From: Candidatus Kaiserbacteria bacterium
GTDB lineage: Bacteria > Patescibacteriota > Minisyncoccia > Phycocordibacterales > UBA2100
Direction: 5' to 3'
DNA: 64,000 nt
NCBI GenBank assembly: GCA_017134395.1
Contig: CP070993.1
Coordinates: forward strand, 320,210 to 384,209
Shown: positions 7,136-19,100 of the stretch, piece by piece
How positions within the stretch are numbered: position 1 is the stretch's first letter
Layout: every line of letters starts with the position of its first letter
Translations under genes and position numbers: made by a program
Notes under the pieces: model-generated
What the model was told of the DNA's origin: nothing
Databases searched by the model: none
The model's input: the letters and a program-made list of their open reading frames with translations, nothing else

Positions 7136-10100
7136 ATTGTTGAGTCGGTAGTGGTTGCTGTTTCTTCTGCAGGTGTGTCTGTTGCCACTGGTTCAATGAC
7201 TTCGTCCACTGTGTCCTCTACCACTTCCTCTTCTACTGTTTCTTCTACTACAGGTTCTGTTGTGTCGTTTACGACTGGTTCAGTACTTGTGGCTGTAGTG
7301 TCTTCTACAACTTCTTCTTCTACGATAACGGGGTCTGTACTGGTTGCTGTGTCGTCTTCAATGACTACGGCAGGAGTTGAAGTGGCTGTGTCTTCTACTA
7401 CTGGTTCTTCAGTTGGTGTTCCTGTTCCCACTATCACGGTGCGTTCGATTGTTGCTGTTTGTTCGTTGGTGTCTGTAGCACTGTAGGTAATGGTGTGGGT
7501 GGCATCTGTGGTGGTGTCTATATCTATAGTGGTGACTGCTTCACCGTTGAGGGTGAGTGTGATGCTTAAGTCGTTACCGTCTGCGTCTTGTGCGGTGATA
7601 CCGAGGTCGCTGTAGTTAGCGTTAAGAGCAATTTCAGCGGGGTTGGTTCCGATGAGGGTGAGGGTTGGTGGGGTTGAAGTAGTTGTTGATGTAGCTTCTG
7701 TTTGAGTGGTTGCTGAAGCGACACCGGCGAGCTGTGCCTCTACCGCTACGAGTCGCTCTTCAAGTGCCGCAATTTGTATGTCCTTAGAACTCTGCCAGTC
7801 AATGAGTTCGGCGATCCTTTTTGTATTCTCCTGCACAATCACCCACAATTCTTTAATTGCCTGTATTAAATACAAAGGTAAGTCAGAAAGGTTAGTATCA
7901 AAATATTCTGTTCCATTAATAGTTGTTGTGCCTACCATTTCAGGGAACGTAACCTTTAATTCTTGTGCAATGAAACCAGAAATACGGCGACTTCGTGTTT
8001 CTTCATCATATCCAGTCAATTCGTTATAGTTATAAGTTACTGGACGTAATTCACTAATTCTTTCGAGGGTAGTAGTATCCTCTGTCGATAACTCGGTAAT
8101 GTTTTCCTTTAGGCGTCGATCGGAATAGTTCGTCCATGCAGTATACCCATTTGCTGCAGGCTGGCCGTTTAATTGAAGTTTATACGTTGGGTTTGTTACA
8201 CCAATACCGACTTCGCCAGCGGGGTCGATAACTATTGCATCATTAGTTATACCACTACCGTAACTATTTGAAGTTCCAAAATGCAATTCCGTTCCAGAAG
8301 GAGTTATCTTTGCTGCTATTCTTGCTAAAGGTACAGCGCTAGATCCAGACGCACCAGCAAAATCAATACTATTGAAATAATTTGCTGTATATGGACTACT
8401 TATTCTTAATACACCATCACTGGTACCAGTAAAAGATGAGATAGATGTTCCTTCTACATGCAATTTCGTGTCGGGAGTATCAATACCAATACCGACGTTG
8501 CCACCTTCAAGAATACGCATGCGTTCGGTTAGTGAACCTGCTGAAGGAGTAGTTGAGAATGTTAAATACCCTTGGTAGTTTGATGAAGCAGTACTTCCTA
8601 CACCCATAGTTATGCTTGAAAGGTCTTGGCGAGCCACTGTACCGGTTGTTGTGATGGTATTTTTAAGAACGGGACTCACACCAGAAACGGCAAAGTTAAC
8701 GGTTGAGTCATTAGAACCAAGGTTAACTGAGAGCTTTGATTCTGGCGTTGTGGTGCCGATACCGACGTTGCCAAGTAGATAGTTGTTTCCTGTACCATCT
8801 ATGGAAAGAGCACCATCTAATTGTAAGTCACCAGCGCGAGATACACTTCCGACAACTGTTGCAGCACCATCTCCAAATTTTATCCCTCCACCAGTAGAGC
8901 CTTCGTCCCAGTTTAAATACACACTTCCCCCTGCGGTAATTGGGTTTATGACGGTATTTACATTGTCTGTCAGTCGAAGTACGTGTGTACCGGCGTCCGC
9001 GATAATGCTTCCGGTAACGTTTATATTTCCTTGTACATCAAGTACTTGCGATGGTGTCGTCGTACCAATACCCACACTACCTTGTACTGCCAAACCATTG
9101 TCGAGCTCGGTTGTGTAGTATGAATCTCCAATTGAAACTCCACCTATTACACCTACGTGACTTCTATCGTATACGCCACTACCTGGGTCGAGCACAATAC
9201 CCGTAGCAAAAGACACTTGTAGTTGTTGATACGTATTTGCTGTCCATGCACCTGCAGTTCTGTAAATTCCGTACCCGGAAGCAGTATGCCAGTAAATACC
9301 TTGACTTCCATCAGTCGTGACATTGTCACCAAAGGTTATTTGCCCTGTCGTTGATAAGTCTAAGTCTCTCGCGGGAGTTGCCGTACCAATACCGACGTTA
9401 TCAGTCCCCGTTGCTAAGTACACATCAGTACCGCCATCAGTCCACCCACCGCCAGATGATGCCGAGAAGTCAGTCCATGCGCCTGCGTTGTTTTTATATT
9501 GAATAGTTCCTGCGTTGTCGCGGAAACCGTAGCCAGTAGTGCCCGTGGTATCGCCCCAGTTGATGTAGCTTGAGGCTGTAAGACCGATGTTGCCTGCAAC
9601 ATCGAGTTTGTGGTCTGGTGTTGAATCTCCAATACCGACGTTGCCACCAACAAGATGCATAATATTTGCCGCGCCTGCACTGAAGAACAGACGGTCAGTA
9701 GCATGATCGTATTGAATACGTCCTATGTCATTATCACTCGGATCACCAAACAAAACCGAACCAACACTTGATGCAGTATTGAAAATGGTCAAGCCAGTAT
9801 TGCCGCTACTTTCAAGAACAAGTTCGTCGCCATTTGAAATTGGACTTCCTACCGCACCAGCGGAACTGTCATAAATCCATACTTTTGCTGAAGGCGTCGT
9901 GGTGCCGATGCCGACGTTGCCTGCATCGTTTACATACAGTTCAGGGTTTCCTGAGATAGTGCCTCCTCCCCATATACCAATACCACCATTTGAACCATCG
10001 CCGTAACCACCAATCGCTCCAGAATATACATCTGATGATCCTTGGAAGGAAATAATCTGCCCGCTCCCTGCCACGGAAACATTCTGTGTATTAGTGTCGA

Positions 10101-13100
10101 GAGTTAGTAGATTTACTATAGAACCATTACTTCCATTTTCTACCAATTGCAATTTCGTAGCTGGGGTGGTGGTTCCGATACCGACGTTGCCGGTGTTGGT
10201 AAAGGTAAGTACATCACCTGCACCATCAATAAAGAGTCGCCCATCATCACCAGTAGGGTTATATAACCAAGCATTACTACCTGAGCTATCACGTGGTCCT
10301 GCAAGGAAGCCTGCACGCGAATCATTACCCGAACGTACAACACCGATAACATCAAGTTTTTCAGTTGGTGTCGTGGTTCCGATGCCGACGTTGCCTGCGG
10401 TGTAGCTGATGTCGGGGCTGTTGTGTGTCCAGAGACCGTTACCGCCGTCAATGCGGGAGCCGGTGAAAGAAGTATATGCACTCCAGCCATTTATATCTTT
10501 ATTGCTTGCACTCGATTGATGGACGTAGACTTCGAAATAATCTGTTGTTCCATTTGCATCTACTACAACACTCACTTGATTCGTTCTAAAAGTACCTGTC
10601 GAAGTCTTATAGTCACTGCTATATAATGCCCCATTCTTGTAAATTGCCATATATGTCTGGTCACTATCTGAGACACTCTCGAATCTTGTTTTTGTTGTTA
10701 ACAAATATTTACCAGCAACCGTTGGGGTAAATCTATCACTCGCAAAATCAGAGTTAGTATCAAAGTGCTCTGTTGTCCAAGCCACCTTTGTCCATGTATT
10801 TCCTGGGATGCTTTGAGCCACATTGTTTCGATGTACCGAGAAGGATGGTGAAATACCGTCCCCTGCGGTGGCAAAGGAGAGGTTGCCACTGGCGTCAGTG
10901 GTGAGGAACTGTCCTGCGGTACCGTCAGCAGTTGGGAGGGTGAAGGTGGTGTTGCTGGTGATGGCGTCTGGTGCCTTCAGAGCAACATAGTTGTCACCGT
11001 TAGCTTCGAGCTCTTCAAAGCGTACTTCACCGGTGTTGCCTGCGGAGGTGCCGAATGGATTAAGTGAAAGTGCTGATGCTGATTCATCAAAGAATAGCGG
11101 TGCGTCACTTGTTGTTCCTCCAATGGCAAGGTCGTCGGTGAGTGAGGTGAGGTAGGTGGTGGTGCCACCGTCGGTGAAGAGTGCGGCACCACTGCCTACT
11201 GCACTACCATTCCAGTACAAACTACCACTAACGTTGTAGAGTGCGTTAACGGTAGTTGCAGGAGTCGTTGAGGCAAGTGAGAGAGCGCCATTAACTGAGA
11301 GTTTGGTGGTGGGGGTGGTGGTGCCGATACCGACGTTGCCTGAGGAGTTGATAGTCAAGTCGCTACCTGAACCAGTTCCAAATTGCACGGCGTATTCTCC
11401 ACGTATAACCATAGCGTTCGTAAGTGCATCGCTAAAGACTTGACCTGGTGTCGCGTAACCAGAATACCCAACCAAAGCGTTTGAATTGTTTTTATATGTT
11501 ATGTACCCAGCAAGATCTGAACCTTGGAAAATAGCGAGGTCAGGGTTGTTTTTATAAAGATGTAATAGCGCTTGAGGGGATGTGGTGCCGATACCGACGT
11601 TGCCTGTACTGTCAATCACCAAATCTGAAGCTGAGTTCGTCCATAAATGTAGGTCACCAGTTGTTTGGTGAACACCTATATTCGCTTCTTGATCTCCGGC
11701 ATTATCGAAGAACGCTAGACCTGGGTAACCACCAGGTGTACCGATTCTTACTGCGTCACCACTACTTATTCCCGTTTTTACACTTAGACCCCAACCAGCC
11801 AACGTAGATGTGCCAATTCCCACATTCCCATTGCTGACATCTGCGAACAACGCTGGTGTACTTGAGGTGCCGACGCGGAAGTCACCCCAGACGTCCAGTT
11901 TAGATGCGGGGGAAGAGGTGCCGATACCAACGTTGCCTGATGAAAGTGTTGATTGAGTACCATCAAGACCTGTACCGTAAATGAGATTTCCAATGACTAA
12001 TTGATTATTGGCTGTTGCGCTCGGTACAGCCACGTTGTAACCAATAGAAATGTTATTTGCACCACTTGTTATTTGGTTTTGTGCTCCAGATAAAGTTGCT
12101 GCACCAATAATAGTGTTATTTGAACCAGTAGTAACTCCATATCCTGATTTGAATCCGAGGAAGGTGTTGTAGTTGCTGCTTGTTGCTGCTGAATACCCAG
12201 ACTGTGTACCAACGTACGTTCCTCCTTCGTTATAATAGTTACTTAAACCTGCTGCTGCTGCTGCACCGACAGCTACTACACTATCTGGTGATGTATTGAA
12301 TCTTAAGGTTCCAATTGCATTACTTAAACCACCAATAGCAACGTTTGAAGAACCGTCAATATTTCCGATACCAGTATAGTATCCAAGAAACACATTTGCG
12401 TTACCAGTAGTGTTGTTAAGCCCTGCATTTGCTCCAAGAAATGAATTGGCAAACCCAGTGGTGTTGTTCATTCCTGATTGTACTCCAATAGCAATACTGC
12501 TCCCACCAATATATGCTGCTCCGCCCGCAGTTGAACTTCGCAGTGCGCGATACCCGATAGCTACGTTGCTTGCCGTTGATGTGGCATTCTCGAGCGCCTG
12601 ATAACCAACCGCAACATTCTTGGTTCCAGTTGTAAGTGAGGAAAGAGCACTCGTTCCTAAAGCGGTGTTTTCATTTCCTGTATGTGTTGTATTGCCAGTG
12701 TTACCAACAAATAGTGAACCCGTAGTTGTGCTTGCTTGCAATATTGTGTTTCCCTCTAACTTGTAACCGTTGCTAGTGTTTATGTAACCAAGTACATCTA
12801 GTTTGGAGCTAGGATTAGTAGTGCCGATGCCGACGTTGCCTGCGCTTGTGACAACCATTTGGTCATTAACACCATTTGTTCTGAATGAGAATCCGTTGCC
12901 AACGTTATCGTAAATTATCCTACCCATAACAGCACTGTCTGTGTCACCAAAATCTAAGAATGATTTTGTAGTAGGTGAGCTAATTATAGAAACTATAGTG
13001 TCACCGCTTCTTTGGAATGAAGCCACCGTTTGTGCAGAAGCAGTTATTGCTGTTCCACTTTGGACGACCTGCAGATTAGTACTTGGTGAGTCTGTTCCGA

Positions 13101-16100
13101 TACCGACGTTGCCTTGATTCATTATTACGTCTCCATCTGACTGAACAAGCAGACTGTCTTGCCCGGCTCCAGCTTGAACAGTAAACGGATAAACGCTTCC
13201 AGCTGTCAAATCTCTAAGGCTAAAATTACCGCCCAGAGAATGAACAAACCATTCCTGATTAGATGCATCACTTTCTTTAAACACTATACCTGGATCATTT
13301 CGCGTAATTCTAAGTTTTTGGTTTGAATCTAATCCATAAGTTGATGCGTCATTTATTGTCAGGGCTGTGCCAACTTCGAGTAATGCACCGCTACCAGATA
13401 TATCTAACTTTGAAGACGGACTCGCTGTACCTATACCCACATTCCCACTACTTACATCAGTAAACAATGCAGGAGTGCTTGAGGTTCCGACACGTAAGTC
13501 GCCCCAGACGTCGAGGGTTGATGCAGGTGAAGTGGTGCCGATACCGACGTTGCCTGTACTTCCGTCTAGCATCAGTAGCCCAGGATAAGACGTTGATGGA
13601 CTGAATGCTATATCACTAGAACCAGAAGCTCCTCTAACAACAAGATTTTTTGTATTTAAATCTGAAAGTCCGGTGTCTCCTACTTCAAAAGAGAAACTTT
13701 GCTGATTACCCGATGTAGTTGAGCCACCAAACAACTGTACTAGACTTGAATCTAAACCTATGCCGTCATAACCAAATTTGCTTACACCAGCAACATGCAG
13801 TAGTGAGTCAGGTGTTGTGGTGCCAATACCGACGTTGCCTGTATTACCCTCCACGAAGAGCATACCGCTACCAACATTTAAGTCAGTGTCGGAATCAAGC
13901 GTAGCGTTAATATCACTCGTGCCTCCAGGCTGGAAAACAATGTTACCTGGCGGCTGTAAGGTAGCAGTACCATCTAATTTCACTTCAGCATTTGCTCCAA
14001 CTATCGTTTGGTTGCCAGAATTGTATCCAATTAGGTTAACCGAGGTTCCAGTCGTCAATCTCGATTTCAAGTATTGATTATTATCTATCTGGATATTACC
14101 TCCCACAACTTCGAGTTTTTGTTCAGGAGTTGTTGTACCGATACCGACGTTGCCTGAAGTATTATTGATATTTAGATTACCAGCATCAAGTGCATTGTTC
14201 CCTCCAATAGATGTATAGCCATCCTCGGCCAAAAGATAGCTTGTTGTATCGTCATCAGAAATAGTGATTACTGCATTGTTATCAGAACTATTAAACAGTG
14301 CCACCGCATTGTAAGTATTAGAGTAGACTCTTAGAGGATTAGCTACTGCCGTTTCGTAAATAGAAAGTGTTGCGTCTGGGGTTGTGGTACCAATACCGAC
14401 GTTGCCGGAGGAATCAATGGTTAGCCTCTCTGTTGCAGTAGTCCAAAGTGATAAATCGTTTGCATTATTATCGTATACGATTCGTCCCATTGTTTGACTT
14501 CCGCTATCACCAAAAAAGATACTAGTGTCTGATGACGTTCCACCCACAATAGATATTCCGGCTGGTCCAATGCCTTCAACAACCAACTCATCCGCACTAC
14601 TAGATACAGCCGGAGCTCCTGATACTGCGCTTGATATGTGCAACTTCCCCAGTGGCGTCGTAGTACCAATACCGACGTTACCCGTACTGGTAATTCGCAG
14701 GCGTTCTGCACGATTAGAACTCGTAATAGTACCTGTGGTGAACGCGAGGCCGTATGCTGCTCCTGTTGCACTGTCTGAGATTGCGCTGATTTCAGCTCCG
14801 ATACCATCTGCATAGGTACCTGTGTAGCTCGCATCATTTGTGATGAAGTTAAGAGAACCTATTCCATCTCCTGTGGTGCGCGCTCCTTGTGTAGAAATGG
14901 AGAGTGCTGTTCCTGTGAGAATTGAGTCTGGATTGGTGGTGCCGATACCAATATTTCCACTCTCATTAACCGTTAAGCGGTCTTGTAGTGTTCCACCTGA
15001 ATCTGAAACCTGTAGCTTGAAATCGCCACCACTACGTTGGAATGCTGCCTTATTTGTAGAGTTATAGGTTATTTGAAATTGTGGCTGGTCTGTCGATAAT
15101 ATCTCTAGGGCAGTGTCTGGACTTGCTGTCCCAATACCAACATTACCTGAGCTTCCTTCGACGAATAATGCATTGACTTCACCAACTCCTTCTACTCTAA
15201 AATCAATGTCTGCTCCGAGTTCGTTGAAAGTGTATGAAGTGGCTAATGCTCTTGAGACCTCTACACCGCCAGCATAGGTTCGTATACCATTAAGGCTATC
15301 CTGGATATAAAAACCTTCTCCGGTAGCTAATGCGTTATTACCTATCCATCCACCATTTACGTCACCTGCAATTATTATACCTTCATGTACTGAATCTGAA
15401 TCTTTAAATCGAGCGAGAACACCGCCGTTTTCGTTATGAACATCAAGTTTGTATGAAGCAGAAGTTGTACCAATACTTACGTTGCCATTTGGGAAAAATA
15501 CAGTACCAACATTATTCGCAGCTCCCATTACTTGAGTAAGATTGGTTCCTGAGTAAATACCAAATCCATTATTTGTATCCCAATTGTGAGATATCACGGA
15601 ACGATAGCTGCTAGGACTGCTAGCATTTGTGAGCTTTACACTAGGATCACTATTGTAAATATGCAATGTCTCTTCTGGCGTCGTGGTACCTATACCAATG
15701 TTGCCAGAGAAGAAACCGTCAATGGTGTACAAATCTTGCCATTGCTTAGATGCAGTACCCAGATCATTTGCATCATTAAAATATGGAGAGAAATCGCTTG
15801 TTAAAAATTGATACTCCCAATTATCATTTTGTCTAACAAATATCTGCCCGTCTCGTATATCAAAGAGATCGCCGCTATCTTTACCGAAGTTACCACCATT
15901 AACACCATCGTATGCATAGATAGTACCCGTAGCTGCACCAAGATCTCCTCCGACATTTAATCCCGTTGCTATAATTACGTCGCCTTCTACATCCAACTTC
16001 GCTCCTGGACCTGTCGTTCCGATACCTACATTACCTTCTATAATCGCACCGTTAGATGGAGCGACAACATTGTTATAGCCAGAACCTACTCGTAATGCTC

Positions 16101-19100
16101 CCTGCACATCAAGTTTGTTAGAAGGAGTTGGATCACCAATACCAATCATATTCGCACTTGAGTCAATGTAGAGCGTATTGTTGTCGAAATCCAAATCAGC
16201 ACTGTTGGTGTCGAGATCGAAGGTGGTGGTGGCGTCTACGGTGAGTGCATCCTTGAACTCAGTGAAGTCGAGTGTGTCTGCGTCGATGAGACTTGCATCA
16301 ATAGTGGTGGTTGAGACGACACCTGAGCTGTTGGTGGTGAGGATGCCTCCGGTGAGTGCAGCAAACTGTACAGAGCCGGTGGTGGTGAGTTGGTTGGCAG
16401 GGGTGGTGGTGCCGATGCCGATGTTGCCTGTGTTTGTTATTCTGAATCTCTCTGCACCACCAGTTTGAACGTTGAAGTCTCCTCCAGTTGCTACTAAATT
16501 AACGAGTCCAGTTCCTGTTTTTAACTGCAATGCAGTAAATCCTCCGTCAGTTTCTATTACAGCAGGTGTACCGGCTGATGCTTGGTACACGATAAGTTTT
16601 TGACTTGGGCTCGCCGTCCCAATACCTACATTCCCACTACTTACATCGGTAAACAACGCTGGTGTGCTTGAAGTACCTACACGTAGGTCACCCCAGACGT
16701 CGAGTTTTGATGCTGGCGTCGTTGTGCCGATTCCGACATTTCCTGCACCTGTTACATATAAATCATCGCTGTTAACGGCAAATACGCCATCTGTGGCGTC
16801 ATGAATAAATACCGTTCCTCCGTCAGTATTCAAATACAAAGAACTGGCAACGCCGGACCCAATTGCTTGAATTTCATTATTATCTATAGCGATAAAATCA
16901 GTATTTGAAGCACCAACCCTTAATGCTCCACCTCCCGAGGAACTGACATCGGTTGAATCCCATACTACAAGTTTTGCCTCTGGTGTTGAAGTACCGATAC
17001 CGACGTTGCCTGAAGTATCTATAGATAGTCTTTCAGTATTCCCAACCATCAAATCTAGTTGATGAGATGATTGTGTACCAAATTTTGCTGCTTGAGGTGT
17101 TCCTGAATCAAACCATCCAGATAATTTTGTCGCTGCATCGTCACCATAAATGGTAACGGCTCCACCATAAGTACCTCCTGCGATATCGAGATTGGTTCTG
17201 AAGTTCATGTTTCCAGGTGTACTAGTACCTATACCGACGTTGCCGGCGCTCGTTATTCTTAACCTCTCAGATGTATCGGATGCACCGGCTGATCCAGTGT
17301 GTAAAGAAACATAATCTTGTCTGAAAACTGCATTTAGAGCAGAGCTAGTGGCTGTTTGATTATTATTTCCCAATTTAGACGAATAAATTCTTATATCGTC
17401 TCCATAGTTTCCCGTATATGTGGAGCCTATCCAAGCTCTGGATGCATTTGTTCCTACCCCCCCTCGTGGAAAGCGAATCCAGCCGCCTTCCTTCCCGTAA
17501 GCTCCACCAGCTGCAATGTCAAAAATATTTGTGGAGTCATCTGCACCTCCAACCAATATACCAAAGGGAGTTCCTCCTGTTATTGTTGTATTCTCACTGT
17601 AGAATCCTGTGGTTGCTAATACCTCCCCAACTACTGCAAGGTTTGCTACAGGACTAGTAGTGCCGATGCCGACGTTGCCTGAATCTGTTATCCGCACCGC
17701 TTCAGTTGCTCCATCTGGGAAAAATCCTATTTTCTTTGAAGCTGTACCTGCATATATATTTACGTCACCAGTAACACTAGTTCCTGAATGCCCGATAATT
17801 AAGTTTTCCGTTGCATCATATCCGATAAGATTTCTATCAAAACCACTAGCTAAACTCCCCTTTAAGAATTGATTATTATCTAAAAGGATATCGCCTTCAC
17901 TAACATGTAATTTTTCAGCGGGTGTAGTAGTTCCAATACCGACGTTGCCAGAGGCATCAATCCTTAACGCCTCGCTACCACTTGTGGAAAAAGCAAGCGA
18001 ATCATTTGCGTGTTCATAATCTATGAGACCTGGACTTCCACTTGTGTCAGAGAAAGTAAGTACTGAATTCCCCGTATCTCCTGCAACATTGGCTTTAATA
18101 TCAACCTGTGTATATCCAGATCCAGAAGTTCTTTCAAACGTAGAGACTAGTTGATCTGCACTTGTTACATGCAGTTTCCCAGAGGGCGTAGTAGTACCAA
18201 TACCTACGTTGCCAGTGTTATCAAGTGTAAGTCGAGGTGTTGATGTCAAATCAGTACCATCAGTAATACGGAATGTATCGTCTACATTGTAATATCCTAC
18301 TGAGTAATCTGTACCACTTCCGAATCGTAGTGGTGTGTTGTTATTTACACGCAGGAATCCACTACCCCACTGCAAAAGATCTGCGCCATTGCTTTTTATA
18401 TAACCATTGACTAAAGCGTTTACATTCAAATATCCTGTCGCATCAACATAAAATTCGCCATAACGTGTTGAACGGTCATCGTACCCGTATACTCGCAAAC
18501 CGTTGTCATCTGCGTTTTGGGCAATCGTCAGACCGAGTGCTGGAGTGGCAGTGTTGATACCAACATTCCCACTACTCACATCGGTAAACAATGTAGGAGT
18601 GCTTGAAGTACCTACACGTAGATCACCCCAGACGTCGAGTGCTGATGCGGGTGAAGTGGTGCCGATACCTACGTTGCCTGAAGTATCTATTGTTAATCTT
18701 GCACCAGCATTTGTTATTAATTGAAGAGGATGACTAGTCTGTGTTCCAATCTGCCCAGCTGACGCTTGTGCCTGTACTTTTACCTTTGCACCTCCTGAGC
18801 GCTCTGCAAGAATATCTGCATTTCCTGTATCAAACACATGTAAAGTACCGTCTGGAGTAGTCGTTCCAATACCGACGTTACCGCCTGTAAGGCGAATGTA
18901 CTCCGTACCACGGTTACTTATTGTCGTATCAACACCAAACGCATAGACTGATCCGAAGTTAATGGTTGAACCATCGTACCCTACAAATCCATAGTTATTA
19001 GTTGCACTTCCTGTTCCAAATTCAATTCCTGCAGGACGTCCTGTTGAGTTTGAGTGTACTCCAACAAGCACTGTTGTTCCTGGGTTTCGTACATCCAGCT

